Source: Bacteroidota bacterium
Lineage (GTDB): Bacteria > Bacteroidota > Bacteroidia > Bacteroidales > UBA12077
Reading direction: 5' to 3'
DNA: 64,000 nt
NCBI GenBank assembly: GCA_042584405.1
Contig: JBHOSR010000001.1
Location: 12,363-76,362, forward strand
Made by a program: the position numbers and the translations under genes. The notes under the pieces were generated by a model. The model was not told the DNA's origin and made no database searches. It worked only from the letters and a program-made list of their open reading frames with translations. Of this stretch, positions 9,455-18,179 are shown one piece after another; positions within the stretch are counted from its first letter, which is position 1; each line of letters starts with the position of its first letter.

Positions 9455-10240
9455 CTAATTTACTTTCTTTATTGATCTTCGTCTACTAACTATTAATCCA
9501 ACAAATACTAAAACAGCAATAAACATTATTATAGTTCCTGCAACACGCGTAACACTTAAAGTATAACCTTGTCCTTTAGGATCATAATTAAAACAATACT
9601 GTAAAACTTTATTAATAGTTGGTTTTGCAAGTCCTTGTTGAGCTTCGATTATTGCCATTTTTAAATCGAACGGTAAAAAATCGAGACCATATAAATATCG
9701 AGTTATTTTACCTTCCGGACTTAACAGAATAATTCCTGATGGATGCGCAAAATCAAGCCCGGTGGCTTTATATTTAAAGCCAACAGCTTCAGTAATTGCA
9801 TCAATATTTTCTTGGTCACCAGTTAAATACATCCAATGGTCAGCTTTTTTCTTTACAATGTTTTGTATAAAATTCTTCTTTTTCTTTTGAGCTTTTTCAG
9901 GAGTGTCGCTCACATCAAAACTGATAGTTAAGATTTGATAATCCTTCCCTAATTCCATATCCGTTTTTTCTACAACTCGAGAAATGCTCTCCTGTAATGG
10001 GTTGCAAACTCCAGGACAATTAAAATATACGAACGATAAAACTGTAGGTTTGTCAATTAGCTCTCTCAGGGTAACAGTTTTATTAACTTCGCTATTGAAT
10101 ACTAAATCCAAAGGTATTGTATCTTCCAGGTGTTCTAACCAACCAATTTCAAGAATATCTTGATTTATAGCCTCTTGACTGTTTAACTTAAGAGTTGCCA
10201 ATGTCAGAAACACAACAAAAACTGTGGTAATTTTTCTCAT
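9455..10240 (-). CDS. SCO1/SenC family copper chaperone (thioredoxin fold)
   Basis: 261 aa. Signal peptide, CxxxC motif FNCPGVCNP, conserved downstream His (FAHPSG). Extra C-terminal segment YCFNYDPKGQGY followed by a TM helix. Confidence 0.85.
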   Translation of the reverse strand: MRKITTVFVVFLTLATLKLNSQEAINQDILEIGWLEHLEDTIPLDLVFNSEVNKTVTLRELIDKPTVLSFVYFNCPGVCNPLQESISRVVEKTDMELGKDYQILTISFDVSDTPEKAQKKKKNFIQNIVKKKADHWMYLTGDQENIDAITEAVGFKYKATGLDFAHPSGIILLSPEGKITRYLYGLDFLPFDLKMAIIEAQQGLAKPTINKVLQYCFNYDPKGQGYTLSVTRVAGTIIMFIAVLVFVGLIVSRRRSIKKVN

Positions 10241-10251
10241 TTCTTATAATT

Positions 10252-10638
10252 TTATAAAATTCCTGGTTCGTTTTCTTCTTTTTGATATATTCCTGCAATC
10301 ATCAGGGCTCCGCCCATTAGTGCCATATCTTTTAGTAAGGAAACTAAAGCAAGTAATTTTTTTGCAGGATCAAATAACTGAGGAATGTGAATGCTAACAA
10401 TAAAAATAAATAATAATATAGCTAGTAATAAACATGAAAGTTTGATATACTTTTTAAAAATAATACTAATACTAGCAGCAATTAATGCAATTCCTGTAAG
10501 AATAATAGTAAAACTTGTTCCAGGAATAAATGAGTTTAACATTCCCGTAAAAAAATCGACCATAAGGAAATGATTTAATCCAAAAACTGCGAATGGCAGA
10601 GCAAATAGAATTCTTCCAATAGTTGTAAGATTTTTCAT
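10252..10638 (-). CDS. DoxX family membrane protein
   Basis: 128 aa, four hydrophobic helices. N-terminus IGRILFALPFAVFGLNHF is typical of DoxX. Confidence 0.65.
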   Translation of the reverse strand: MKNLTTIGRILFALPFAVFGLNHFLMVDFFTGMLNSFIPGTSFTIILTGIALIAASISIIFKKYIKLSCLLLAILLFIFIVSIHIPQLFDPAKKLLALVSLLKDMALMGGALMIAGIYQKEENEPGIL

Positions 10639-10671
10639 ATTAATATATTTAATTTTTGCTTAAGATTTAAT

Positions 10672-11022
10672 CTATTCGCTTAAAATGCTATGTTCTTTCG
10701 CTTCATATCCCAATTCATTGATAGCTTCTTTAACTTTTAACAGATCAATTTTTGTAGAATCCAATTCTAATACAGCTATACCTTTTTCGTGATCTGCTTT
10801 TGAGGCATAAACTCCATCAAATTTATCAATTGCTTCTTGAATCGCGTTTTCACAGCCAGCACATGACATTCCAGAAATTTTGATTTCAACTTTTGCATTA
10901 GCAACAAATTCTTGTGTTGCTTCTTCTAATGCTGGTTCAGTTTCTTGAGCAGTTTCTGTGGGAGTATTCTGGCATGCAAATGCAATCAGAAGAATTGGAA
11001 TAAATAAAAATTTAAGTTTCAT
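10672..11022 (-). CDS. Heavy-metal-associated (HMA) domain lipoprotein, probable periplasmic copper chaperone
   Basis: GMSCAGCENAI (MxCxxC) in a ferredoxin-like HMA fold. I moved the start to the internal Met (MKLKFLFIPILLIAFAC), which gives a lipoprotein signal. The track ORF extends to 11082. Confidence 0.8.
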   Translation of the reverse strand: MKLKFLFIPILLIAFACQNTPTETAQETEPALEEATQEFVANAKVEIKISGMSCAGCENAIQEAIDKFDGVYASKADHEKGIAVLELDSTKIDLLKVKEAINELGYEAKEHSILSE

Positions 11023-11148
11023 AAAACAGTTTATTAAGATTTTAAGTACTAGATCGACAACTAAATGTAAATAAAAATACAATATAAATCAAAGAAAGTT
11101 CAATGGAATGCTTCTTAATTTATGTATACTACTATTAATAAAATGGGT

Positions 11149-12216
11149 TTATTTTGAATTAACCTTTTTTGAAAAACTTTTCCAAAATTCCAAATGAAAT
11201 TCATAGCTGTTATGGTCTATTAGTATTTGTTTTCCTGATAGAAGTGAATCTGATTCTGATTTTCTATACTTTATTTCAGGATCATGTAAATATGTTCCTT
11301 CCGGGTGAAATTGTATTCCAAGTACATTTGGGTATTTTTTGTGCACAATGGCTTCAATAATTTTATCGTCTGTTGAGGTGGAAATAACTTCAATGTTTTT
11401 TCCTAATTTCTCTATTGCCTGGTGATGATTACTATAAACAAGTGGAGTAATATTTTTATTATAATCACCAACCAACGCTTTTTGATTTGAAATATTTATT
11501 TGATGAAAACTCCCAGAAAATAGAGTTGAATCAATTGATAAATTGTTGTTGTAATTTCTGTGTTTTGTGTTGTTATCGGAAGCTAAAACTTCTTCTACAA
11601 AATTCAAGCTGTAAATTTCACTAGGAATATCTTGAATCATCGTTCCGCCGGTTGCTATGTTCATGGTTTGCATTCCTAAACAGATAGCATAAACTATAAA
11701 ATCAGGATTTTCTTCTAACAATGGCATAAATTCTGGATTTTGAGAACCACCCAACAAATGAAATAAAAAAGAGGCTTCGAAGTAATGACGATATGGATCT
11801 GTCATTCGTGTTAATAAACTTGTTTGTTCGCTGTAAATAGCCGGAGGTAAATCTGGGCCACCTAAAAAGAGAATTCCTTTGCTATTTTTAAATAATTCGG
11901 AGTATACTTCAGTGCATTCATTCATTTTATAAAGTTGATCAGCGTCGATATTATTGGTGATTTCTCTTAAAGTAATATTTGGATAGTTATTTTTAGCTAA
12001 AAATGATTCAGATTTTGTATAATCGTAAACCTCATCTTTATGATAAACTCCCGTAATACTTAAATTGCCAATATCCACAATATTGCTATCAATCAAATAA
12101 GTAAAAAGTTTAAGATTATATTCGGTTGGATGGACTAGAATTAGACTGTTTTCTTGAGACTGTGCAAAGTTTAGGCTGATAAAAACTATGGTAAAAAAAC
12201 TTAATATTATTTTCAT
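11149..12216 (-). CDS. Class I glutamine amidotransferase-like / peptidase C26 (gamma-glutamyl hydrolase family) with a signal peptide
   Basis: 355 aa. Catalytic triad context AICLGMQ, SNHHQAI, GIQFHPE. N-terminus MKIILSFFTIVFISLNFAQSQ looks like a secretion signal. Confidence 0.75.
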   Translation of the reverse strand: MKIILSFFTIVFISLNFAQSQENSLILVHPTEYNLKLFTYLIDSNIVDIGNLSITGVYHKDEVYDYTKSESFLAKNNYPNITLREITNNIDADQLYKMNECTEVYSELFKNSKGILFLGGPDLPPAIYSEQTSLLTRMTDPYRHYFEASFLFHLLGGSQNPEFMPLLEENPDFIVYAICLGMQTMNIATGGTMIQDIPSEIYSLNFVEEVLASDNNTKHRNYNNNLSIDSTLFSGSFHQINISNQKALVGDYNKNITPLVYSNHHQAIEKLGKNIEVISTSTDDKIIEAIVHKKYPNVLGIQFHPEGTYLHDPEIKYRKSESDSLLSGKQILIDHNSYEFHLEFWKSFSKKVNSK

Positions 12217-12251
12217 GATTTTATAATTAAAGAACTGTTAAAAATAAAAAA

Positions 12252-12277
12252 TCCCTGATCAGTAAAAAAATCAGGGA
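12252..12277 (-). terminator. Rho-independent terminator downstream of the PD40-repeat gene
   Basis: TCCCTGAT / ATCAGGGA 8-bp stem. On the minus strand it is followed by a T-rich tract (the A-run at 12241-12251 on plus). Confidence 0.7.
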
Positions 12278-12301
12278 ATGAATTTCAAGGTATGTAAAGT
12301 A

Positions 12302-13279
12302 TTAAAATTTAATTTTTGGAATTCCTACATAGTATAAATCATAACCTCCAAGACCTCCGGGTCTGTTCGAAGAAAAGAACATTAAATCGGTAAGGTAATT
12401 AAAAGCATACATAATAACGGGTCGGTATTCATCATACTCACTATTAATTTCCTCTCCAAAATTTATTGGTTCAGTCCAATTTCCATCAACTAACTCCGAA
12501 TAATATAAATCATAACCACCATATCCTCCATCGCGATCGGAAGTAAAAACCATAATGTTGCCTATTATATAAGGACATTTATCATTAGAAGAACTATTTA
12601 AAATGTCACAAGCATTCCAAATCGGCAAATCTTCTGTTTCAAGCCAATTTATTAACGACGAACCAGTTATTTCAACATAGTATAAATCGTAAAATCCAGC
12701 TAAATCTGAACAAAAATACATTTTATCAATTGTACGATTAATTGTTGGATAAGCTTCATTATAAATTGTGTTTATTTTGCTTAGTGGTTCCGGAGTATAC
12801 CAATCTGTCTCGTATGTGTAATATTGTATTGTGTAAATATCTAAATTGCCCGATGAATCTGTTGCATAAAAAAGTATATCATAAAGGTAATCGTTATTAT
12901 ACATTAAATAAGGACCAAGTTCATTTGAGAGTGTTGTTAGTTTTTCGATAGCTGAATCATAAAATGGAGGCGTATAATCAGTGGCATTAAAATATGCTAT
13001 GTTTGTTTCTGGAGAATAGTAAAATTCAACATAGAAATTTTCAATATTAAAATCATTTCCTAAAGAAGCTCTATTAGATGAAAATAAATAAGGAAATTGA
13101 TTATATAATTCATATGGTAGAGCAGAATTATAATCATCATATTCTGAATTCATGTCCTCGAAATTCACAGGGGTTAAAGGAAATTGGCCCTTTTCCAGTT
13201 CTTCATTAAGTGGACATCCAGAAAAAAGTATAAATGTTAGAATGAAAAGTAGTAACTGGTAAAAACTGATAGATTTCAT
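12302..13279 (-). CDS. Lipoprotein with TolB-like PD40 beta-propeller repeats
   Basis: 325 aa. Lipobox LFSGC. Repeated FTSDRDGGYGGYDLYY / FSSNRPGGLGGYDLYY motifs are characteristic of PD40 repeats. Confidence 0.55.
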   Translation of the reverse strand: MKSISFYQLLLFILTFILFSGCPLNEELEKGQFPLTPVNFEDMNSEYDDYNSALPYELYNQFPYLFSSNRASLGNDFNIENFYVEFYYSPETNIAYFNATDYTPPFYDSAIEKLTTLSNELGPYLMYNNDYLYDILFYATDSSGNLDIYTIQYYTYETDWYTPEPLSKINTIYNEAYPTINRTIDKMYFCSDLAGFYDLYYVEITGSSLINWLETEDLPIWNACDILNSSSNDKCPYIIGNIMVFTSDRDGGYGGYDLYYSELVDGNWTEPINFGEEINSEYDEYRPVIMYAFNYLTDLMFFSSNRPGGLGGYDLYYVGIPKIKF

Positions 13280-13392
13280 AACATATGCAATTAGTATATA
13301 AAAGTAAGATGTAATAATAACCAGTAAAGTTGCTTTTTTATATCCTGATTTTTCAGAGATTTCAATAATTTCAAACTTCTTTTTAAATATTA

Positions 13393-13914
13393 TTAACTAT
13401 TGCCTGTTCTATGTATTGAATAAATAAAACAATCCTGAATTTGGTTATTTTTTATCACCGACTTTTTTAGACAAACTTCTTCGGTAAAACCACATTTTTG
13501 AAGAATTCGAATTGAGGCAATATTTGATTCAAAAACATTAGCAAATAATCGATTTATTTCAAATGTTTCAAAAGCATATTTCACCATTGCTTTTACAGCT
13601 TTAGTTGAAATTCCCTTGTTCCAATATTTCTCTCCCAACCAGTAACCAATTTCTGCATTTCTTCTAAAAACATCAGTTTGTACAATAATACCAATCCCAC
13701 CAACAGCAGTACCTTTATATATTATAGCAAAGTTAGTTAGGGGTTTATCTTGATTAGCAATTGCAATCCATTGTTTTGCTGCCATTTCAGTGTAGGGATG
13801 CGGAAATTCGTCTCTTAAATTATTCCAGATCTTTTTATTATTGGCATTTTTAGCTAAAGATTTAATATCTTTTTTTTGCCAATTACGAAGTATTATATCA
13901 CCTAAATTGATCAT
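13393..13914 (-). CDS. GNAT family N-acetyltransferase (RimJ/RimL-like)
   Basis: 173 aa. Acetyl-CoA binding region YWNKGISTKAVKAMVKYAFE and NIASIRILQKCGF. Confidence 0.8.
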   Translation of the reverse strand: MINLGDIILRNWQKKDIKSLAKNANNKKIWNNLRDEFPHPYTEMAAKQWIAIANQDKPLTNFAIIYKGTAVGGIGIIVQTDVFRRNAEIGYWLGEKYWNKGISTKAVKAMVKYAFETFEINRLFANVFESNIASIRILQKCGFTEEVCLKKSVIKNNQIQDCFIYSIHRTGNS

Positions 13915-14112
13915 AGACTGTAGCTTAGATTCCTAAAGGTAACTATTAATTCTTAAGATTTTTACTTATTAAATTAAAAATATATTTATAAATACGTTCA
14001 ATTAATGATTTTTCAAAGCTAAGCTGATAAACTTCAATCTTTATAATAAAATTTTATTATATTGTTCACGATTGTTTTGATCTTTAAACCTTCTAATTTT
14101 AAACTAAGCCAA

Positions 14113-15024
14113 ATGAAAGAAAGATTCATACTAATAATAAGCTTCATATTTTTTTTACCGGCAGTATATTTTAAAAAGCAATTAGAAATTCATGTGAATT
14201 ATACATCAAAACAAATTTCAAAGATCAGTTACTATCAGCAAAATTCTGATTTAAAAAATCAAATGGTGTTTGTAAAAGGTGGTACTTTTAGCATGGGTAG
14301 CGAAAATGGTGATGATGACACAAAGCCAGTTCATAGCGTTTCATTGGATGATTTTTATATAAGTAAATATGAAGTAACTGTTTCACAATTTGAAATGTTT
14401 ATTAATGAGACGGGGTATAATACTGATCCCGAAGTAGATGGTTATTCTTATATTATTAATAAAAAGGAGATTTGGGAGAAAAGGAAAAAAATAAATTGGC
14501 GACACAACGTTAAAGGCGAAATGAGGACTGCCGATACATATAATCATCCTGTAATACATGTAAGTTGGAGGGATGTTAATGCTTATTGCAGGTGGATAAG
14601 TAAAAAAACGGGGATTAAGTATAGGTTACCTACAGAGGCTGAATGGGAGTATACTGCACGTGGAGGTAATAAAAGCAAAGGATATGATTATGCCGGGAGC
14701 AACAATATTAGTGATGTAGCTTGGTATCGAGATAATTCAGGCGATGAGACTCATCCGGTAGGTCAAAAACAGCCCAATGAATTGGGGATATACGATATGA
14801 CAGGTAATGTATGGGAGTGGTGTTCTGATTGGTATGACAAGTCATATTATAAGAAAAGCCCACAAATAAATCCGCAAGGTCCAGAATATGGTTCTTATCA
14901 CATTTTAAAAGGAGGCAGTTTGGGCAGCGGTATTGAAAATAGCAAGAATATTATTCGCAGTCAAGGAAAACCGGCCTCGCGTGGCGGCCACACAGGTTTT
15001 CGCATTGCATGTACGTCAATGTAA
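14113..15024 (+). CDS. Formylglycine-generating enzyme (SUMF1/EgtB/PvdO) family protein
   Basis: Motifs HPVIHVSWRDVNAYCRW, YRLPTEAEWEYTARGG, GNVWEWCSDWY, RGGHTGFR. I moved the start to the internal Met (MKERFILIISF), which gives a signal/anchor. The track ORF starts at 14062. Confidence 0.8.
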   Translation: MKERFILIISFIFFLPAVYFKKQLEIHVNYTSKQISKISYYQQNSDLKNQMVFVKGGTFSMGSENGDDDTKPVHSVSLDDFYISKYEVTVSQFEMFINETGYNTDPEVDGYSYIINKKEIWEKRKKINWRHNVKGEMRTADTYNHPVIHVSWRDVNAYCRWISKKTGIKYRLPTEAEWEYTARGGNKSKGYDYAGSNNISDVAWYRDNSGDETHPVGQKQPNELGIYDMTGNVWEWCSDWYDKSYYKKSPQINPQGPEYGSYHILKGGSLGSGIENSKNIIRSQGKPASRGGHTGFRIACTSM

Positions 15025-15100
15025 ACTAAAAAATATTTTTTATTTGTTAAGGTTTGTTAATCAATACCGATAAGTTGTATATTTCCATAATTTAGCTTTT

Positions 15101-16378
15101 ATGAAAAAGCCTGCCATTCGATTAGTAGTTTTTTTAGGTGTAATTTCAATTATTGGAATAATTGCATTGCAAGTATATTTTTTTCAGATAAGCTTTAATA
15201 ACGAAGATCGAAAACTGAATCAAAAAATTCAAGTAGCACTTTGGGATGTAGTGGAACAAATCTACCAATTAAACAATATCAAATATGTTGGTATTAATCC
15301 TGTTGCCCAAATAACGCCCGATTATTTTGTTGTTAATGTAAATGATTTTATCGATGCCGATGTGCTTGAGCACTATCTCATAAAAACTTTCGAAAAACAA
15401 AATATTAAACTCGATTTTGAATATGGAATATACGACTGTCAATCAGATAAGATGTTATACGGCAAATACATCGATCTAAGCGATAAAAATAACAAACCAT
15501 CTAATATAGAACTGCCTAAACATGATGAATTCATTTATTATTTTGGCATACATTTTCCCTGGCGTAAACAATATATTTTAGGAAATATAAATAGCATATA
15601 TATCTTATCAGGAATACTAATCTTTGTTGTTATATTTTTAGGTTATGCTTTAATCGTTATTTTACAACAAAAAAGATTCTCAGAGTTACAAAAAGATGTT
15701 GTCAATAATCTCACCCACGAATTTAAAACACCATTATCTTCCATAGTCTTATCTACGGATGTATTAAACGAAAAAGATATAATTAATGAACCTAACAGGA
15801 TTAAACAATATTCACAAATTATAAAGGACCAGGCAAATACCTTGTTGCAACATATTGAAAAGGTTCTTGGAATGAGTGAGCTTGAAAATATTGGTCGATT
15901 AAATAAAGTAAATGTCAATTTTCACGAATACTTATGTAACTTACTCGATAATGCAATGTGGCGCGTAAATGAACAACAAGGACACTTTACTTTAGACTTA
16001 AAAGCCAAGGAATATATGATTTGTGCAGATAAATTTCATTTAACAAATCTAATTGTTAATTTAATCGATAATTCGATAAAGTATTCAGACTCAAAGCCAG
16101 AAATTTCAATTTCAACTCAATCGGATAAAAAAAATCTCCATTTGTATATAAAGGATAACGGAATAGGAATAGATAAGAAATATCATAAGAAGATTTTTAA
16201 AAAGTTTTTTAGAATACCAACGGGTAACATTCATAATGTTAAAGGTTTTGGATTAGGTTTAACTTATGTTAAAGATATTGTAAGAAGACACCGGTGGAAA
16301 CTTAATATTGAAAGTGAAGTTAAGAAAGGTAGTATTTTTTCGATTGTTGTTCCTTTAAATAACCCCAGCTGTGATTAA
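15101..16378 (+). CDS. Two-component sensor histidine kinase
   Basis: 425 aa, two TM helices. H-box LTHEFKTPLSS, N-box LIDNSIKYS, G-boxes DNGIGI and GFGLGL. Confidence 0.88.
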   Translation: MKKPAIRLVVFLGVISIIGIIALQVYFFQISFNNEDRKLNQKIQVALWDVVEQIYQLNNIKYVGINPVAQITPDYFVVNVNDFIDADVLEHYLIKTFEKQNIKLDFEYGIYDCQSDKMLYGKYIDLSDKNNKPSNIELPKHDEFIYYFGIHFPWRKQYILGNINSIYILSGILIFVVIFLGYALIVILQQKRFSELQKDVVNNLTHEFKTPLSSIVLSTDVLNEKDIINEPNRIKQYSQIIKDQANTLLQHIEKVLGMSELENIGRLNKVNVNFHEYLCNLLDNAMWRVNEQQGHFTLDLKAKEYMICADKFHLTNLIVNLIDNSIKYSDSKPEISISTQSDKKNLHLYIKDNGIGIDKKYHKKIFKKFFRIPTGNIHNVKGFGLGLTYVKDIVRRHRWKLNIESEVKKGSIFSIVVPLNNPSCD

Positions 16379-17066
16379 TAAACCTAAGATATTATACGTT
16401 GAAGATGATGAAACATTGAGCTTTATTACCTCCGATAATCTTATAAGAAAGGGCTTTGAAGTAATTAGTACGACTGATGGGGTAAGTGCATTTGAGCTTT
16501 TTTCAAACGACACATTCGATGTTTGCCTTTTCGATGTTATGCTTCCTAAAATGGACGGATTCGATTTGGCACATAAAGTAAGATCGGTTAATAAAGAAAT
16601 TCCGATTTTATTTATTACCGCAAAAACACTTCCGGAGGATAGGATAAAAGGACTATTGTTAGGTGCAGATGATTATATTGTTAAACCTTATAATATTGAA
16701 GAGCTTGCACTTAGAATAAAGGTTTTTTTGAAACGCAAGAAAATTGTTGATCCAAAAGCAGAAGAAAAGAAAATGAAAATTGGAAATGCTATTTTCGATA
16801 GCGAAAATTTAAAATTATTGCTAGGTAATAAAGAAAATAGTTTAACATATCGTGAAGCTGAACTTTTAAAGTTTTTGATTGAGAATAAAAATACAATTAT
16901 TACGCGTGAAAGAATTCTTAATGTCTTGTGGGGTGAGAACGATTATTTTGCAGGTAGGAGTTTAGATGTTTTTATAACCCGATTAAGAAAGTATTTTAAA
17001 TCAGTACCGGGTATAACAATTGAAAATAAGCATGGTATAGGTTTTATTTTTAAAATAAAAGAGTGA
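16371..17066 (+). CDS. OmpR/PhoB-type response regulator
   Basis: 231 aa. Receiver domain (YVEDDE, DVMLPKMDG, AK) plus a winged-helix output (LTYREAELLKFL, VFITRLRKYF). GTG start overlaps the kinase stop by 8 nt. Confidence 0.88.
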   Translation: MINKPKILYVEDDETLSFITSDNLIRKGFEVISTTDGVSAFELFSNDTFDVCLFDVMLPKMDGFDLAHKVRSVNKEIPILFITAKTLPEDRIKGLLLGADDYIVKPYNIEELALRIKVFLKRKKIVDPKAEEKKMKIGNAIFDSENLKLLLGNKENSLTYREAELLKFLIENKNTIITRERILNVLWGENDYFAGRSLDVFITRLRKYFKSVPGITIENKHGIGFIFKIKE

Positions 17067-17105
17067 TAAGATTTACATTACTTTTGCAAATCAAGTTCGT
17101 AATTT

Positions 17106-17903
17106 ATGATACAGAAGATTTCAAGTTTACAAAACCCAAAAATCAAGAGTATTGTTAAGCTTCAGCAAAAAACATCTGAACGCAAAAAACAAAATCTGAT
17201 TGTAATAGAGGGTTTACGTGAAGTTAGCCTGGCCATCGAATCAGGAATAAAAATAGAAACGGTATTTGTATGTCCTGAAATTGTATCTCCCGACATTGTT
17301 TTTTCAGAGTTAAATATTGAAAATGAATATATTGAGATAAGCACGGAAGTATATAATAAATTAGCATATAGAGGATCAACTGAAGGTATTATTGTATTAG
17401 CTAAACCAAAGTTTTTAAAATTAGAGGATTTAATAGTAAGAGAAAATCCATTAATAATTATTCTTGAGTCCGTTGAAAAACCTGGTAATTTAGGTGCTAT
17501 TCTAAGAACAGCTGATGCTGCAAAAGTTGATGCAGTTATAATTTGCGATCCCTTAACCGACATTTACAATCCTAATGCTATTCGTTCAAGCGTTGGTTGT
17601 ATCTTTACAAATCAAGTTATAGCTTGTTCTTCCGATGAGGCAATTTTATGGTTAAAAGAAAATAATGTTAGATCGTTTGCAGCAGCATTAACAGCAGACA
17701 ATAATTACCATGAAACTAATTTTACAGGATCAAGCGCAATTGTAATGGGAACAGAAGCAGAAGGACTAACAGAAAAATGGTTAAATGCTGCTGATGAACA
17801 AATAATTATTCCAATGAGTGGAGAAATAGATTCCTTGAATGTTTCAACATCAACTGCAATAATTATTTTTGAGGCAATGCGTCAACGGAATTTTAAAATG
17901 TAA
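17106..17903 (+). CDS. TrmH/SpoU family RNA 2'-O-methyltransferase
   Basis: 265 aa. SpoU motifs EKPGNLGAILRTADA, MGTEAEGL, SLNVSTSTAIIIFE. Confidence 0.85.
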   Translation: MIQKISSLQNPKIKSIVKLQQKTSERKKQNLIVIEGLREVSLAIESGIKIETVFVCPEIVSPDIVFSELNIENEYIEISTEVYNKLAYRGSTEGIIVLAKPKFLKLEDLIVRENPLIIILESVEKPGNLGAILRTADAAKVDAVIICDPLTDIYNPNAIRSSVGCIFTNQVIACSSDEAILWLKENNVRSFAAALTADNNYHETNFTGSSAIVMGTEAEGLTEKWLNAADEQIIIPMSGEIDSLNVSTSTAIIIFEAMRQRNFKM

Positions 17904-17905
17904 AA

Positions 17906-17932
17906 AAGCTCCGATTTACATCGAAGCTTTTT
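17906..17932. terminator. Bidirectional hairpin terminator between trmH-like gene and tRNA-His
   Basis: AAGCTCCGAT / ATCGAAGCTT stem with one mismatch. T-run on the plus strand and A-run upstream, so it reads as hairpin plus U-tract on both strands. Confidence 0.65.
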
Positions 17933-17933
17933 G

Positions 17934-18008
17934 GGTGGGAGACCGGTCTCGAACCGGCGACCTCTGGAACCACAATCCAGCGCTCTAACCAACTGAGCTA
18001 CAACCACC
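17934..18008 (-). tRNA. tRNA-His (anticodon GUG) with encoded G-1
   Basis: Reverse complement: G-GTGGTTG-TA-GCTC-AGTTGGTTA-GAGC-G-CTGGA-TTGTGGT-TCCAG-AGGTC-GCCGG-TTCGAGA-CCGGT-CTCCCAC-C. Cloverleaf folds with anticodon GTG, and G-1 pairs with C73. CCA is not encoded. The acceptor stem has two adjacent mismatches (see findings). Confidence 0.85.
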
Positions 18009-18021
18009 ATTTTTCGGATTG

Positions 18022-18029
18022 CAAATATA
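18022..18029 (-). promoter_or_regulatory. Bacteroidota-type -7 promoter box (TAnnTTTG) for tRNA-His
   Basis: The minus strand reads TATATTTG, 14 nt upstream of the tRNA 5' end. Confidence 0.5.
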
Positions 18030-18148
18030 AAGAAGAATTTTCATATTTTACAATATTGAGTCGAAATATTTTTTATTAAACATATTAATATTCTTAATAT
18101 TTAGATCCTAAATAATGTTAATTTGTTTTTTATTTAAATCGTAAAATG

Positions 18149-18156
18149 TATTTTTG
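18149..18156 (+). promoter_or_regulatory. Bacteroidota-type -7 promoter box (TAnnTTTG)
   Basis: TATTTTTG, 24 nt upstream of the 18180 start codon. Confidence 0.45.
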
Positions 18157-18179
18157 CGCTTAAATTCAAAAATTTACAG

